Positions 40,407-51,071 of a stretch of DNA of 64,000 nt are shown here, in pieces. How positions within the stretch are numbered: the first letter of the stretch is position 1; each line of letters opens with the position of its first letter. A program made the position numbers and the translations under genes. This stretch comes from Nitrospirota bacterium (GTDB lineage: Bacteria; Nitrospirota; UBA9217), in the NCBI GenBank assembly GCA_963796285.1, contig CAWCKW010000012.1, forward strand, positions 1,312,001 to 1,376,000. The letters are read 5' to 3'. The notes beneath the pieces are model-generated. The model worked only from the letters and a program-made list of their open reading frames with translations, had not been told where the DNA came from and did no database searches.

Positions 40407-41147
40407 TCACCTCAGGGTCATGATATACTCGTTCGCCTTCCGGGCCAGGTCGCTCTTCGGGGCAAGTTCGGCCGCTTTCCTGAACTCCATGAGCGCAGAC
40501 TTTTTGTTCCCTGCCTTGAGGTAGGCGATGGCCAAGGCTGTACCGCATATTGGCATTCTGGGGGGCAAGCCCGATGCCCTCCTGGTACTCGCGATCGCCT
40601 CTTTAATCTTTCCCTCTTCAAATAGGGCCGTACCGAGCTTGATAATGGTCCACTCGGTATTGACAAAACGCTTGGATTCGCGGTAAGCTTCGGCGGCTTT
40701 ATCGTACTCCTTCAGTTCCATGTAAAGATCGCCAAGGTTCAGATACGGAATGTGGGGAGTTGTATAGAGTTTATTGTCAAGGGCCCTGTTAAAAGCCCTG
40801 ATCGCCTCTTTCCATTTCTTCTGCTTCAAATAAATAACACCAAGCGCGTTGTAGGCCTCTGAAAAATCAGGGTCCTTATCGATGGCCGTTTGATAGTATT
40901 TCGCCGCTTCATCAAACTTTCCCTGATAATCGCTGATAATGCCCAGACCGTAATAGGACCGTTTGAAGTTGCTGTCGCGTTGGATAGACCGGTTGAATTC
41001 AGCGGACGCCATCTCGTAGTTCTTTTCCTGAAGGTACGACAGTCCCCTCGTGTAATACCCTTCCGCCATCTTGGACTTATCCACCGTATGCCCGGTCGTA
41101 ACGCATCCTGTCAATGCCAGGAGAATTATCAATGCGAAAGTTCTCAT
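40407..41147 (-). CDS. TPR lipoprotein, PilF/PilW/Tgl-like pilotin
   Basis: Lipobox LTGC, TPR repeats, AYNALG, LY.TP..PYLNLG. Confidence 0.75.
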   Translation of the reverse strand: MRTFALIILLALTGCVTTGHTVDKSKMAEGYYTRGLSYLQEKNYEMASAEFNRSIQRDSNFKRSYYGLGIISDYQGKFDEAAKYYQTAIDKDPDFSEAYNALGVIYLKQKKWKEAIRAFNRALDNKLYTTPHIPYLNLGDLYMELKEYDKAAEAYRESKRFVNTEWTIIKLGTALFEEGKIKEAIASTRRASGLPPRMPICGTALAIAYLKAGNKKSALMEFRKAAELAPKSDLARKANEYIMTLR

Positions 41148-41162
41148 TCCTTCATACCCCTT

Positions 41163-41949
41163 TCAAAACGATGTGAGAAGACGTGCTAGCGCCTCCCGGT
41201 CCCGGCTCACAACGCCGGTCGCGGAGAAAACCTTCTTTTTTACTGTTTGCTTTGGAGCCTTTTCGAGGTCGGTCGTTGCCGCGTTCTGCTGCATCTCCTG
41301 GCGGCGCTTGGCTGCTGCAAGCGGTGAGGCCTATGGCCTGCCTGACCTGCTCATCCACGGGAGCCTCCCGTGGTGATTTCTGTTCCTGTGCCTCGGGTTG
41401 GTGGGCCTGAGTCACAGGTTGTACTGACGCTGCCGGAGGTTCAGGGGCACGTATCTCCTCAGGTGCAGGTGTAAGGCGCTCTGGCGCTGCCGGGGGCTGT
41501 ACAGAGGAAACAGCCGCTGCTGGAGCGAGCTGATGAGGCTGTTCCACTGGTGCGGCCTCCGGCTGTTTTTTCTGGCTGAAGATGCTCTGACCCTCGATCC
41601 AGCTGTCCTGTTCTGGCTCGGACAGGCCCGCAAAATCGACCTCGTCCAGCATCGCACCCAGGTCCTCGGCAAAGTATCGCGCCTCTTCCTCGACATCCTG
41701 AAGCACTTCTTCTAAAAATGGGTTCGCGGAATGCGCGTAGAAAAGTTTTCTGTCAGTATGGAGTAAATGAAGGCCGATATATGCCGATAGTCTGTTTCTC
41801 CCCTCGCGGGCAAAAAATACGTAGCTGCGCGCTTCCTCGAGACTCGTCTCCGGAGTGGCAACCTGGTGGATGTTCATGGAAAGGAACACCTTGAATAAAA
41901 TCTTTTTCTTCAGGTCTTTCTCTGTTATTTTTGGGTCGATCGTAAACAT
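41163..41949 (-). CDS. Conserved hypothetical protein with a Pro/Ala-rich linker (frameshifted; true C-terminus REALARLLTSF)
   Basis: SMN..QVA, A..FAE.LG.MLD; alternative-frame C-terminal motif ending at 41163. Confidence 0.6.
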
Positions 41950-42110
41950 GACTTACATTCAACCTCCAATTTGAAATCCAACATATTACATCCAAATTAC
42001 ATATACTGCCCAGCATCAAATTCCAGCTTCAACTTGTTTGGAGCCTGGAATCAGGATATGCGGACGCATTTGTCATTGCATGCCTGCTTATTGGAACTTA
42101 TCAAGACCCA

Positions 42111-43021
42111 TCATATATCTTCGAAATGGGTCAGCTTCTTGAACTCGCGGTACCTGCCTTCGATCTCCTTGTATTCCAGGCTCCGGAGCCGGTCAAGACT
42201 GAAGGACTCCACGTTCAGCGAGGCCATGACACTGCCGAAGATCACCGCTTTTCTCATGCTCTCTTCAGAAAAGTTCATGGTGCTCGCCAGATATCCCATA
42301 AAACCGCCTGCAAACGTAGTCTCCGGCCCCCGTGGGGTCGAACACGGCTTCGAGCGGATAGGCGGGAGCGCTGAATACGCTGTGGCCGCTGAACATAAGG
42401 GCGCCATAGCTTCCCTGCTTGACCACGATCGTCTTCGGGCCCATGGCCTGCACGCTCTTCGCCGCCTTGACCAGGCTTGCCTCGCCGGCAAGCTGCCGGA
42501 TCTCCGATTCATTGATGGTCAGCAGGTCCACTTCCTTCAGTGTTCGTTTGAGCGCATCAGGCTTGCTCGATATCCAGTAGTTCATGGTATCACAGGCCAC
42601 GAGCTTCGGTTTCTTGACCTGCCGCAGAACATCAAGCTGGATCTCCGGGTCCACGTTCGCCAGGAACACGACATCAGAGTTCTTATAGTCCTCGACGATG
42701 TTCGGCTTGAAGGTCGCCAGAACATTCAGGTGCGTGGCGAGGGTGTGCGCCTCGTTCAGATCATAGCCGTACTCGCCCTTCCAGCGAAAGGTCTCGCCCT
42801 TCTGGACCTCAAGACCCCGCGTGTCGATGTTTTTACTCTTGAGAAACAGCGATATGTTCCTTGGGAAAGTCCTCGCCGATCACGGCCACGAGCCGGACAT
42901 CGGTAAAATAACTGGCTGAGGTCGAGAAATAGGTGGCTGAGCCGCCGAGGGCATTATCAACGTTTCCAAAAGGGGTCTTGACCGAATCGAGTGCAACCGT
43001 GCCGACAACAAGCAAACTCAC
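42111..43021 (-). CDS. PfkB-family sugar/nucleoside kinase (frameshifts near 42840 and 42320)
   Basis: VVGTVALDSV.TPFG, GGSATYF, DTMNYWI, VKQG.YGA, DPTGAGD-TFAGG. Confidence 0.88.
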
Positions 43022-43123
43022 GGATGAACACCTCCACGAATTCAAATTTCAAACTGACAGAGACGCAAAAGCATGAACGCTATTCGTCATTTTGCACTTT
43101 GTATCTTGTCCTTTGTGTGATGC

Positions 43124-44015
43124 TTATTTTTTCTTCAGGTATTTCCCGATGATCAGCGCCAGGTCTTTCCTCGTTTTCGCCGGCATCAGTTTCTCCGGCG
43201 TCATGATCGTGTTCCGGAGCGCTTCGCCGCATCCGCAGGTGCGTGATCCGGACAGCATGCGCACCGCTTCGCGGATCATGGCCTTGGACGTCTCGACGTT
43301 GTGTTTCATTACCGCGAGCACGGCCTCAACGGTCACGGCCTCCTCGCTGTGGTGCCAGCAATCGTAGTCCGTGGCCAAGGGCAATGGTGCTGTAGCAGAT
43401 CTCCGCCTCGCGCGCCAGCTTGGCCTCGGTTGCGTTCGTCATGCCGATGACATCCACGTTCCATGTCCGATAGATGAGCGACTCGGCCCGGGTCGAGAAT
43501 TGCGGGCCCTCCATGCAGAGATACGTGCCGCCACGGTGTACCGTGGCCCCGACCTTCACCCCTGCCTCGCTCAGGATCCTGCCGAGGTCGGTGCAGACCG
43601 GGTCCGCCATGCCCACATGCGCCACAACGCCGTTGCCGAAAAAGGTGCTCCTGCGGTGCTTCGTATGATCATAGAACTGGTCCGGGATCACGATATCGCC
43701 GGGTTTGATCTCTTCCTTCATGCTGCCTACGGCGCTCACCGAGATGATCCGTTCAACACCGAGTTTCTTCATACCGTAGATGTTCGCCCGGTAGTTGATG
43801 TCCGAGGGAAGGATGCGGTGGCCGCGGCCGTGCCTCGGGAGGAAGGCAACCCGTTTGCCATGCAGCGTACCGACAAGGTAATCGTCCGAAGGCTTGCCGA
43901 AGGGCGTTATCAACTTCACGGCCTTGATCTGCGTCAGCCCTTCCATTTCATACAAGCCGCTGCCGCCGATCACGCCGATGCTGATTTTTTCTGTCTTTGT
44001 ACGACCCCTTGCCAT
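43124..44015 (-). CDS. mtnP: S-methyl-5'-thioadenosine phosphorylase (frameshift near 43380)
   Basis: [47 protein letters not shown]. Confidence 0.92.
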
Positions 44016-44119
44016 AATATATGTTTGTTACCCCTGATTATTGAGAATGTTCATGAAAGGATTACTCTGTTGAATTGCAATGCAAATCAGCACTCCGCAC
44101 TCTAAAATCCTCAACCGGC

Positions 44120-44386
44120 TTATCCTTGCGCCGCACTCTGCTCCGCTTCTCTTTTCATCTCCATGTTTTCAGCAAGTTCAACAGGCTTATCGGGGATGAT
44201 GGTGGAGATCGCGTGTTTGTAAACAAGTTGCTGGTTCTCCTGCTTCATCAGGATGACGAAATTGTCAAACCCCTTGATCGTTCCGGTGAGCCGGGCGCCG
44301 TTTACAAGGTACATGGTCACCGGGATCTTTTCCTTGCGCATCTGATTCAAGAAGATGTCCTGAAGATTTACTTGCGACTTACCCAT
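44120..44386 (-). CDS. hfq: RNA chaperone Hfq
   Basis: [28 protein letters not shown]; downstream of miaA. Confidence 0.95.
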   Translation of the reverse strand: MGKSQVNLQDIFLNQMRKEKIPVTMYLVNGARLTGTIKGFDNFVILMKQENQQLVYKHAISTIIPDKPVELAENMEMKREAEQSAAQG

Positions 44387-44456
44387 CCATCCCTCCGTGC
44401 AAACGGCAAAAAGTGAATCGATTAGACATGTGCTGTTGCCCAATAATTTTTCAATC

Positions 44457-45404
44457 TTATACCAACTTATTTGAAATTTCAATGTTTTTCTTTATCCGCG
44501 CAACTATTTCACCGGTCTGATCAAGCCCGGAAATGTCCACCCATAGTGCATCGGGCTCCCTCCGGAACCAGGTGAACTGACGCTTGGCGAAACGCCTCGT
44601 ATCGCGCTTAAGAAGCGCCACAGCCTCGTCCCGCGACGTCTTGCCGAGGAAACAATCCAGAAAATGCTTGTACCCCAGTCCCTGCATGGAGGAAAGGTCA
44701 GGACGGTACCCCCGCTCAATCAGCGTCCTCACCTCCGCCTCAAGCCCCGCTGCGATCATCTGGTCCACGCGCTGTTCGATGCGGGGATACAGTTCGCTCC
44801 GGCTCCTGACGAGAAACAGCAGACGGAACCGGTACGGCCTGTCCTGGAACGAGTGCTCCTGCTGGAAAGCCGAGAGTTTTTTGTCTCGCAAATAATACAC
44901 CTCCAGCGCCCTTATCGTGCGCCGAAGATCATTCGGGTGGATTTTGACCGCTGCCTCGGGATCGACCTTTACCAGGTCGGAATAAAGCGAGCCGGCCTCT
45001 CCCTCGGCCTCACGCAGCAGCAGCCGCTCGCGCAGTTCAAGGTCCGCAGGCGGCCCATGGAACAGACCTCTTGTGAGAGCGCGGATATACAGCCCTGTGC
45101 CGCCAACCACGATGGGCGTCCCGCCCGAAGCAATTATCCCGTCGATGACTGCGCGCGCATCGCGGAGGTAATCACCCACGCTGTAAGGTTGATCTGGTTC
45201 CGCGATATCGATCATGTGGTGGTAAACGAGCTTGCGCTGTTCCTGGCTGGGTTTGGCCGTACCAATGTCCATGCCGCGGTAGATCTGCATGGAATCGGCG
45301 CTTACAATCTCTGCGCCCTGCTCCTGGGCCAGAAGGAGTGAGGCATCGGTCTTTCCGACGGCTGTAGGCCCGGCGATGATAAGGATGGGTTTTTCGTTCG
45401 ACAT
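44457..45404 (-). CDS. miaA: tRNA dimethylallyltransferase
   Basis: [41 protein letters not shown]. Confidence 0.95.
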   Translation of the reverse strand: MSNEKPILIIAGPTAVGKTDASLLLAQEQGAEIVSADSMQIYRGMDIGTAKPSQEQRKLVYHHMIDIAEPDQPYSVGDYLRDARAVIDGIIASGGTPIVVGGTGLYIRALTRGLFHGPPADLELRERLLLREAEGEAGSLYSDLVKVDPEAAVKIHPNDLRRTIRALEVYYLRDKKLSAFQQEHSFQDRPYRFRLLFLVRSRSELYPRIEQRVDQMIAAGLEAEVRTLIERGYRPDLSSMQGLGYKHFLDCFLGKTSRDEAVALLKRDTRRFAKRQFTWFRREPDALWVDISGLDQTGEIVARIKKNIEISNKLV

Positions 45405-45407
45405 GTA

Positions 45408-45815
45408 TTAATGGGTAATGATCTCGATCGGGAACTCGTTCTTTCTCCAAGCCTTCATAGAGCCTTCCAGGGAATATACCTTCTCATAGCCGGATAGATA
45501 CAAAGAGAAGCCGGCGATACCCGACCGAGGCCCATGCTCGCAGTAGAGCACAACCGGGTCCTGTTTTGCCAGGCCGATAACTCTCAGACCGGAGCCGATC
45601 GAGTAAAATGGGATGTGTACCGCACCCGGCACATGGTCCCGGTCATATTCACCCTGGGATCGTACGTCGACGACCAGCGGCGGCTTATCCCCCTGCATCT
45701 CCTTGAGAAGATCATCACGCGTGATACCCGTAGCGCATCCGACAACAGGAACAACGATGAGGAGTGCAAGGCTAATGAGTATGATGGTATATCGATAATT
45801 AAGAAAATTCGACAT
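45408..45815 (-). CDS. Rhodanese-domain lipoprotein
   Basis: Lipobox VVGC, VDVRS..EY...HVPGA, YCEHGPRS, LEG.M.AW. Confidence 0.85.
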   Translation of the reverse strand: MSNFLNYRYTIILISLALLIVVPVVGCATGITRDDLLKEMQGDKPPLVVDVRSQGEYDRDHVPGAVHIPFYSIGSGLRVIGLAKQDPVVLYCEHGPRSGIAGFSLYLSGYEKVYSLEGSMKAWRKNEFPIEIITH

Positions 45816-45860
45816 CTGTAATGTACCTCAATGATCCCTGGACATCTTCTCCACCGGAGT

Positions 45861-47639
45861 CTACATCCTCTTGAACATCCGCATTATTTCGACTATGGAA
45901 AATCGAACAACCGTCGGCCTGCCGTGCGGACAGGTATGCGGCATGCGGCATTTGAATAGATCGGCAAGCAGCTGTTCCATCTCCTGCCGTTCAAGATGGC
46001 GATGCACCTTGATCGCGGGATGGCAGGCCATCACGCTCAGCATCTCATCCCGGACTTTCTCCATTTTCCCGCTTTTACCGTGGACATTCACTTCGTCGAG
46101 GATATCAAGCAGCAATTGCCTGTAGTCAGCACCCATCAGCAGTACCGGTACGGCTTTGATCACGAACGTATTGTTCCCGAAATCTTCAATCAGGAATCCG
46201 AGTTTGGAAAGCTCCGGCAGATATGCAGCAAGCACCACACTCTGCGCAGGCCCGAGTTCAACCTGGTCCGGCACCAGGAGGTCCTGAACAGGAACTCGCC
46301 CGGTCCCGAACTGGTCCTGCAGCTTTTCGAACAGAACCCGCTCGTGAGCCGCATGCTGGTCGACGATCGCCATCCCGTCCTGCGACTGCGCGATGATGAA
46401 GGAGTCGTGGATCTGAGCAAGGGGGTGAAGCATTTCGGAATGCGGAATGCGGATTGCGGATTGATAGAGTGAGCCGTTTTGAGAACCAATCTCTGCACCA
46501 TTGCTCTCCTCCGCCCATTCCTGCAAAGAGAGAGGATTCCTCATCCCCCCTTTCCATTGCGGGGAGATGGGATATTCCGCATTCCGCATTCCGAAATCCG
46601 CAATTGCTTCTCTCACCCCATCAGCACGCGTCGCCGCCGAAGAAACATTCATCCCCCGCAATCCTTCCCTAATCACGTCCCGGACCAGGTCATGCAACTG
46701 AGACTGGTTGCGGAAGCGGACCTCGGCCTTGGCAGGATGAACATTTACGTCCACGAGCGCTGGATCGATCTCAATAAATATGAACGCAACAGGATGCCGA
46801 TCGCGCATAAGCATATCGCCATAAGCGCTGTAAAGCGCGTGAGTGAGTGACGGGTTCTTGACCGCGCGACGGTTCACGAAGAAGTCCTGGTATGTTTTGT
46901 CCGCGCGTGTAGAACCAGGGCGGCCGATGAGACCATGGACATGGACGCTGTCCCTGCCGCCGGAGAACTCGATCAGGTTTTCCGCTATTGCTCCTCCGGA
47001 AAGCTGGAACACCCGCTCCTTGATGCTCAATGAGGGAGGAAGATCGAGGACACTCTTTTTGTTATGGGTCAGTCGGAAATGAATGGCAGGATGCGCCATG
47101 ACCTGGCGCGATACCGCTGTCAGGATATGCGAAAACTCGGTCGCCGGGCTCTTCAGGAATTTGCGACGGGCCGGGGTATTGTAAAAAAGATGTCCGATCT
47201 CCAGGGTGGTACCCTGCGGGGCTGCGGCGTCGGATATGGACTTGACAATTCCGCCCTCAATCTCTATAAGTGCGCCTGACGTCGCGCCCTTCATCGCGCT
47301 CAATAGCCGTACGTGGGACACGGAAGCGATGCTGGAGAGTGCCTCTCCCCGGAAGCCCATGGTACGAATGGATTCCAGGTCCGCGTCGTCTGCAATCTTG
47401 CTCGTGGCGTGGCGCATGAACGCTGTCCGGGCGTCCTCTTTCGACATGCCGCTGCCGTTGTCTGTAATACGAATGAGCCGCCTGCCGGCCTCCTCGATAT
47501 CGATGAATATTTCGGTCGCACCAGCGTCGATCGAGTTCTCGATCAGTTCCTTGACCACGGAGGCGGGCCGCTCCACCACCTCTCCCGCGGCGATCTTGTT
47601 GATGACGTGGTCGGGTAGGATTTTTATAATAGAGGACAT
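45861..47639 (-). CDS. mutL: DNA mismatch repair endonuclease MutL
   Basis: NKIAAGEVVERPASVVKEL.EN, GFRGEAL.SI, DVNVHP.K, DQHAAHER, CPHGRP. Confidence 0.97.
   Translation of the reverse strand: MSSIIKILPDHVINKIAAGEVVERPASVVKELIENSIDAGATEIFIDIEEAGRRLIRITDNGSGMSKEDARTAFMRHATSKIADDADLESIRTMGFRGEALSSIASVSHVRLLSAMKGATSGALIEIEGGIVKSISDAAAPQGTTLEIGHLFYNTPARRKFLKSPATEFSHILTAVSRQVMAHPAIHFRLTHNKKSVLDLPPSLSIKERVFQLSGGAIAENLIEFSGGRDSVHVHGLIGRPGSTRADKTYQDFFVNRRAVKNPSLTHALYSAYGDMLMRDRHPVAFIFIEIDPALVDVNVHPAKAEVRFRNQSQLHDLVRDVIREGLRGMNVSSAATRADGVREAIADFGMRNAEYPISPQWKGGMRNPLSLQEWAEESNGAEIGSQNGSLYQSAIRIPHSEMLHPLAQIHDSFIIAQSQDGMAIVDQHAAHERVLFEKLQDQFGTGRVPVQDLLVPDQVELGPAQSVVLAAYLPELSKLGFLIEDFGNNTFVIKAVPVLLMGADYRQLLLDILDEVNVHGKSGKMEKVRDEMLSVMACHPAIKVHRHLERQEMEQLLADLFKCRMPHTCPHGRPTVVRFSIVEIMRMFKRM
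46433..46604. repeat. Heptamer palindromic element (TGCGGAA/TTCCGCA) read in frame within the mutL linker
   Basis: TTTCGGAATGCGGAATGCGGATTGCGGATT (46433-46462) and ATTCCGCATTCCGCATTCCGAAATCCGCAAT (46574-46604). Confidence 0.8.
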
Positions 47640-47640
47640 A

Positions 47641-47722
47641 GGAATTCAGTAGTCAGGAGTCAGGAGCCAGGAGAAATCAGCTCTTTGCTGACTTCAGTAT
47701 TCTGACTTCTGTCTACCGCTTC
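47641..47722. repeat. Heptamer palindromic element (AGTCAGG/CTGACT)
   Basis: AGTAGTCAGGAGTCAGGAGCCAGGAG ... CTGACTTCAGTATTCTGACTTCTG; related copies at 51007-51070 and 57106-57184. Confidence 0.7.
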
Positions 47723-49054
47723 TCAATACTTCAGCTTTGCCTTTTCCTGGTTCGCGACCACCACGATCGCCATCTTGTCCGGATGAAGATATTTCCGTGC
47801 CACCCGCTGGATGTCCTCGCGGGTGACGGCATTGATCAGCCGGGGATACGTTTGCGGATAATCAAGTCCAAGGCCATAGATCTCGACAGAAGCGAGCATG
47901 CCCGCGATCTTGGCATAGGTGTCCATCTTGAGGGGAAAACTTCCGGTAAGATATGCCTTGGCATCGGCGAGTTCGCTCTGGGAAACAAGCTCCTTCTGCA
48001 TCCTGCCGATCTCCTTGAGCGTTTCTTCGATCACTTCGTTCGCCGACTCGTTCTTTGTCTGGATGGACACGGAGAATGCCCCCGGTTCCTTGCGGGCTGA
48101 AAAACCGCTGTGGACATCGTAGGCAAGTCCCTTGTTGTCCCGGATGGTATCCATAAGACGCGAGGAGAAACCTCCACCGCCAAGGATATAGTTCATGATC
48201 AGGACGGCATAGTAATCAGGGTTTTCCCTGCTGATGCCGATGTGTCCCATCTCAATATTCGCCTGCGTAATGTTCTTTTCAATCTTCTGTACGATCGTCT
48301 TTTCCCTGACCGGCGGCTGCGCAGGCGACCGTACCGGTTGCTCCTTGTTCTTCCAGGACTTGAAATACTCGCTCAACAGCAGTTTGATCTCCTGCTCGCC
48401 CACGTCCCCGACCACGGCGATGATCGTATTGTTCGGACTGTACCGTGCTGCATGGAAATCGATGACCTCCCGGCGGACCAGTTTCGGAAGATAGGCTGCT
48501 ACCTCATCGTTGGTTTTGCCGTAGGGATGATCGCCGAAGACCAATTTTGCAAAGGCCTCTCCCGCGATACTGTCCGGTTCTTCCTTCTGTCGCTTGATCT
48601 CGGCCAGGGTCTCCTTGACCTTGCGGTCGATCTCCTTCTGATCGAAGACCGGGTTCAGAAGAACATCGGAGAGCAGATCAAGACCCGTGCGCAGGTCCTT
48701 TTTAAGCACCCGGAGGCCTGCTGTCGCGAAGTCATCTCCGCCCGAGACCGAAAGAGAGCCTCCCACGAAATCGATCTCACGGCTAATCTGGTTCGCCGTA
48801 CGCTTTGCCGTCCCCTGCATAAGGAGCGACGCAGTGATCGATGCCAGTCCCGGCTTGTCAGCCGGCTCGACCATGCTCCCCGCCTTGATCGCCATGTTCA
48901 TCGTGACCATGGGAATGTCATGCTTTTCGGACAAGAGGAGGATCATTCCATTGTCAAGCACGATACGCTTGCCGATCGGCTCGGCGGCTGAAACAACATG
49001 AATCTGGAAAAACAGTATGAATACCGCTATGACAGTACGTACTATGGATTTCAT
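47723..49054 (-). CDS. M16 family peptidase, non-catalytic subunit (no HxxEH)
   Basis: LDNG..L, GLAS.TA.LL..GT, LGGGGFSSRL...R..KGLAY. Confidence 0.85.
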   Translation of the reverse strand: MKSIVRTVIAVFILFFQIHVVSAAEPIGKRIVLDNGMILLLSEKHDIPMVTMNMAIKAGSMVEPADKPGLASITASLLMQGTAKRTANQISREIDFVGGSLSVSGGDDFATAGLRVLKKDLRTGLDLLSDVLLNPVFDQKEIDRKVKETLAEIKRQKEEPDSIAGEAFAKLVFGDHPYGKTNDEVAAYLPKLVRREVIDFHAARYSPNNTIIAVVGDVGEQEIKLLLSEYFKSWKNKEQPVRSPAQPPVREKTIVQKIEKNITQANIEMGHIGISRENPDYYAVLIMNYILGGGGFSSRLMDTIRDNKGLAYDVHSGFSARKEPGAFSVSIQTKNESANEVIEETLKEIGRMQKELVSQSELADAKAYLTGSFPLKMDTYAKIAGMLASVEIYGLGLDYPQTYPRLINAVTREDIQRVARKYLHPDKMAIVVVANQEKAKLKY

Positions 49055-49072
49055 TTTAATCGCCTCTCGATT

Positions 49073-49158
49073 TCCCCTCACCCCGGCCCTCTCCCCAAAG
49101 GGCGAGGGGGTTTTCTTTCTTCCTCTCCCCATGGGGGAGAGGATTGAGGTGAGGGGGA
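49073..49158. repeat. REP-like double-hairpin element (second copy)
   Basis: CCCCTCACCCCGGCCCTCTCCCCAAAGGGCGAGGG..TCCTCTCCCCATGGGGGAGAGGATTGAGGTGAGGGG. Confidence 0.8.
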
Positions 49159-49168
49159 TTTCCAATTT

Positions 49169-50500
49169 TCAATTCTTCACCGGCACCAAAATCCCCACCG
49201 TCCTGTTGTCCTCGTTGAAATACTCTTTTGCCACCCGCATCACATCTTCCCTTGTCACAGCGCGGATGCTGGGCACGTACTTCTCGAGCAATTTCCAGTC
49301 TGCCACGGTCTCGAACTGGCCGAGCAGCATGGCCTGGTAGAAAATGGAGTCCTGCCCCATGATGAAGCTCGCTTCGATCTGGTTCTTGGCCCTCTGAAGC
49401 TCTTCATCCGAGACCGGTTCGCTTTTAAGTTTATCGATCTCGACGTAAAGGGCCCGCTCAACTTCATCGGCTGTCTTACCGGGCATCACTCCGGCATAGA
49501 TATAGAAAAGGTTCGGGTCCGTCGAAATGTTGTCGTAATCACCCCCGGCATAGAGCGCCAGCTGCTTTTCATACACCAGGGATTTGTACAGCCGGGAGCT
49601 TTTACCCGATGAGAGTATCCCCTGCAGGACCTCGAGTGCATACGAGTCAGGATGCTTCAGGGTCGGCACATTATACCCGGCAAAGACCGCGGGCAGCTCG
49701 GCCTGTTTCTTAACGATAACTCTCCGTTCGCCGAGATGCTTCGGCTCAACGGCTGTTACCGTGGGTACTGGCGGCCCCTTGGGTATGGCGCCGAAGTATT
49801 TCTCGATCCTTGGAAGCAACATCTTTGTATCAAAATCGCCGACCACGACGATCGTTGCGTTGTTCGGAGCATAGTAGGTGCGGTAGTGGTCATACAGTTC
49901 ATCACGCGTTATGCTGTTGATGTCCGCCATCCAGCCGATCACCGGCCACTGGTACGGGTGGGCGCTGAACGCCACCGACGTCATCTGTTCCACCATCGTG
50001 TTGACCGGGTCGTCCTCATACCGCATGCGGCGCTCTTCCTTTACCACCTCGCGCTCTGACAGGAACTCCTTGGGTTCTAGCAGCAGGTTCTGCATACGGT
50101 CTGATTCGAGGTCGAGGGAGATCCCTATGCGGTCCGCGGCAAAAGTCTCAAAATAGGCGGTATAATCCTTGGACGTAAAAGCGTTGTCGTTCCCGCCATT
50201 CCGCTGCACGGTTTGTGAAAAGGTCTTCGGTCCGTGCTTCTTCGTTCCTTTGAACATCATATGCTCAAGCAGATGCGACATCCCGGTAGTGCCGAGCCGT
50301 TCATTCCGGGATCCGACCCGGTACCAGACCTGGAACGTGACCACCGGCGCCTTGTGTTCTTCTTTCAGAAGCACCCTGAGCCCGTTCGGCAGGACCTTCT
50401 CGGTGACATTCATGGTCTGGCCAAAGGCGGGAGATATCAACAATAAGCCCATCAGAATTGCCAGCACGGATACCCTGTTCTTCTGCAGATGATATTTCAT
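49169..50500 (-). CDS. M16 family zinc peptidase, catalytic subunit (exported)
   Basis: Signal peptide; SHLLEHMMFKGT, NAFTS.D.T.Y, YYAPNNA. Confidence 0.9.
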   Translation of the reverse strand: MKYHLQKNRVSVLAILMGLLLISPAFGQTMNVTEKVLPNGLRVLLKEEHKAPVVTFQVWYRVGSRNERLGTTGMSHLLEHMMFKGTKKHGPKTFSQTVQRNGGNDNAFTSKDYTAYFETFAADRIGISLDLESDRMQNLLLEPKEFLSEREVVKEERRMRYEDDPVNTMVEQMTSVAFSAHPYQWPVIGWMADINSITRDELYDHYRTYYAPNNATIVVVGDFDTKMLLPRIEKYFGAIPKGPPVPTVTAVEPKHLGERRVIVKKQAELPAVFAGYNVPTLKHPDSYALEVLQGILSSGKSSRLYKSLVYEKQLALYAGGDYDNISTDPNLFYIYAGVMPGKTADEVERALYVEIDKLKSEPVSDEELQRAKNQIEASFIMGQDSIFYQAMLLGQFETVADWKLLEKYVPSIRAVTREDVMRVAKEYFNEDNRTVGILVPVKN

Positions 50501-50537
50501 TTAAACACACCTCTCAATCGAATGTTGAACTTGTCTA

Positions 50538-50990
50538 TCATGTTCCCGTGTGCCCGAACCCGCCGGCACCGCGCTCGGTCCCGGCGAGGGTGTCCACCGT
50601 GACGAACTTTGCTTTCTCGATCCTGGCAAAAACCAGCTGCGCTATCCGGTCGCCGCGCTTGATCGTAAACGGTTTTTCGCTGAAATTGAACAGGATGATC
50701 CCGATCTCGCCGCGATAGTCGGCATCGATCGTTCCCGGCGCATTCAGCATGCCAATGCCGTGTTTGAGTGCGAGCCCGCTCCGTGGCCGCACCTGCCCCT
50801 CATGTCCCTCGGGGATGGCGACGGCGATCCCCGTGGGGATGAGCTTCCACTTCCCGGCATCGAGAACAACCTCGCCGTCCACTGCGGCATAGAGATCGAC
50901 GCCCGCGGAGTGTTCGGTCTGATAATGAGGGACGGGAAGACCTTCGGAGTTTTTGAGCTGCGTAAGGTGAATAATAAGATGATCGGGCAT
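50538..50990 (-). CDS. dut: dUTP diphosphatase
   Basis: AGVDL, RPRSGLA, GTIDADYRGE, RIAQL, RG.GGFGHTG. Confidence 0.95.
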   Translation of the reverse strand: MPDHLIIHLTQLKNSEGLPVPHYQTEHSAGVDLYAAVDGEVVLDAGKWKLIPTGIAVAIPEGHEGQVRPRSGLALKHGIGMLNAPGTIDADYRGEIGIILFNFSEKPFTIKRGDRIAQLVFARIEKAKFVTVDTLAGTERGAGGFGHTGT

Positions 50991-51006
50991 ATTCTCTATA
51001 ATTATA

Positions 51007-51070
51007 CAGGAGCCGGAATTCAGGAGCCGGAAGAAATCGCAACAACGATGCAGTTCTCCTGACTCCTGTG
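51007..51070. repeat. Short heptamer palindrome (CAGGAG/CTCCTG)
   Basis: CAGGAGCCGGAATTCAGGAGCC ... CTCCTGACTCCTG. Confidence 0.55.
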
Positions 51071-51071
51071 G

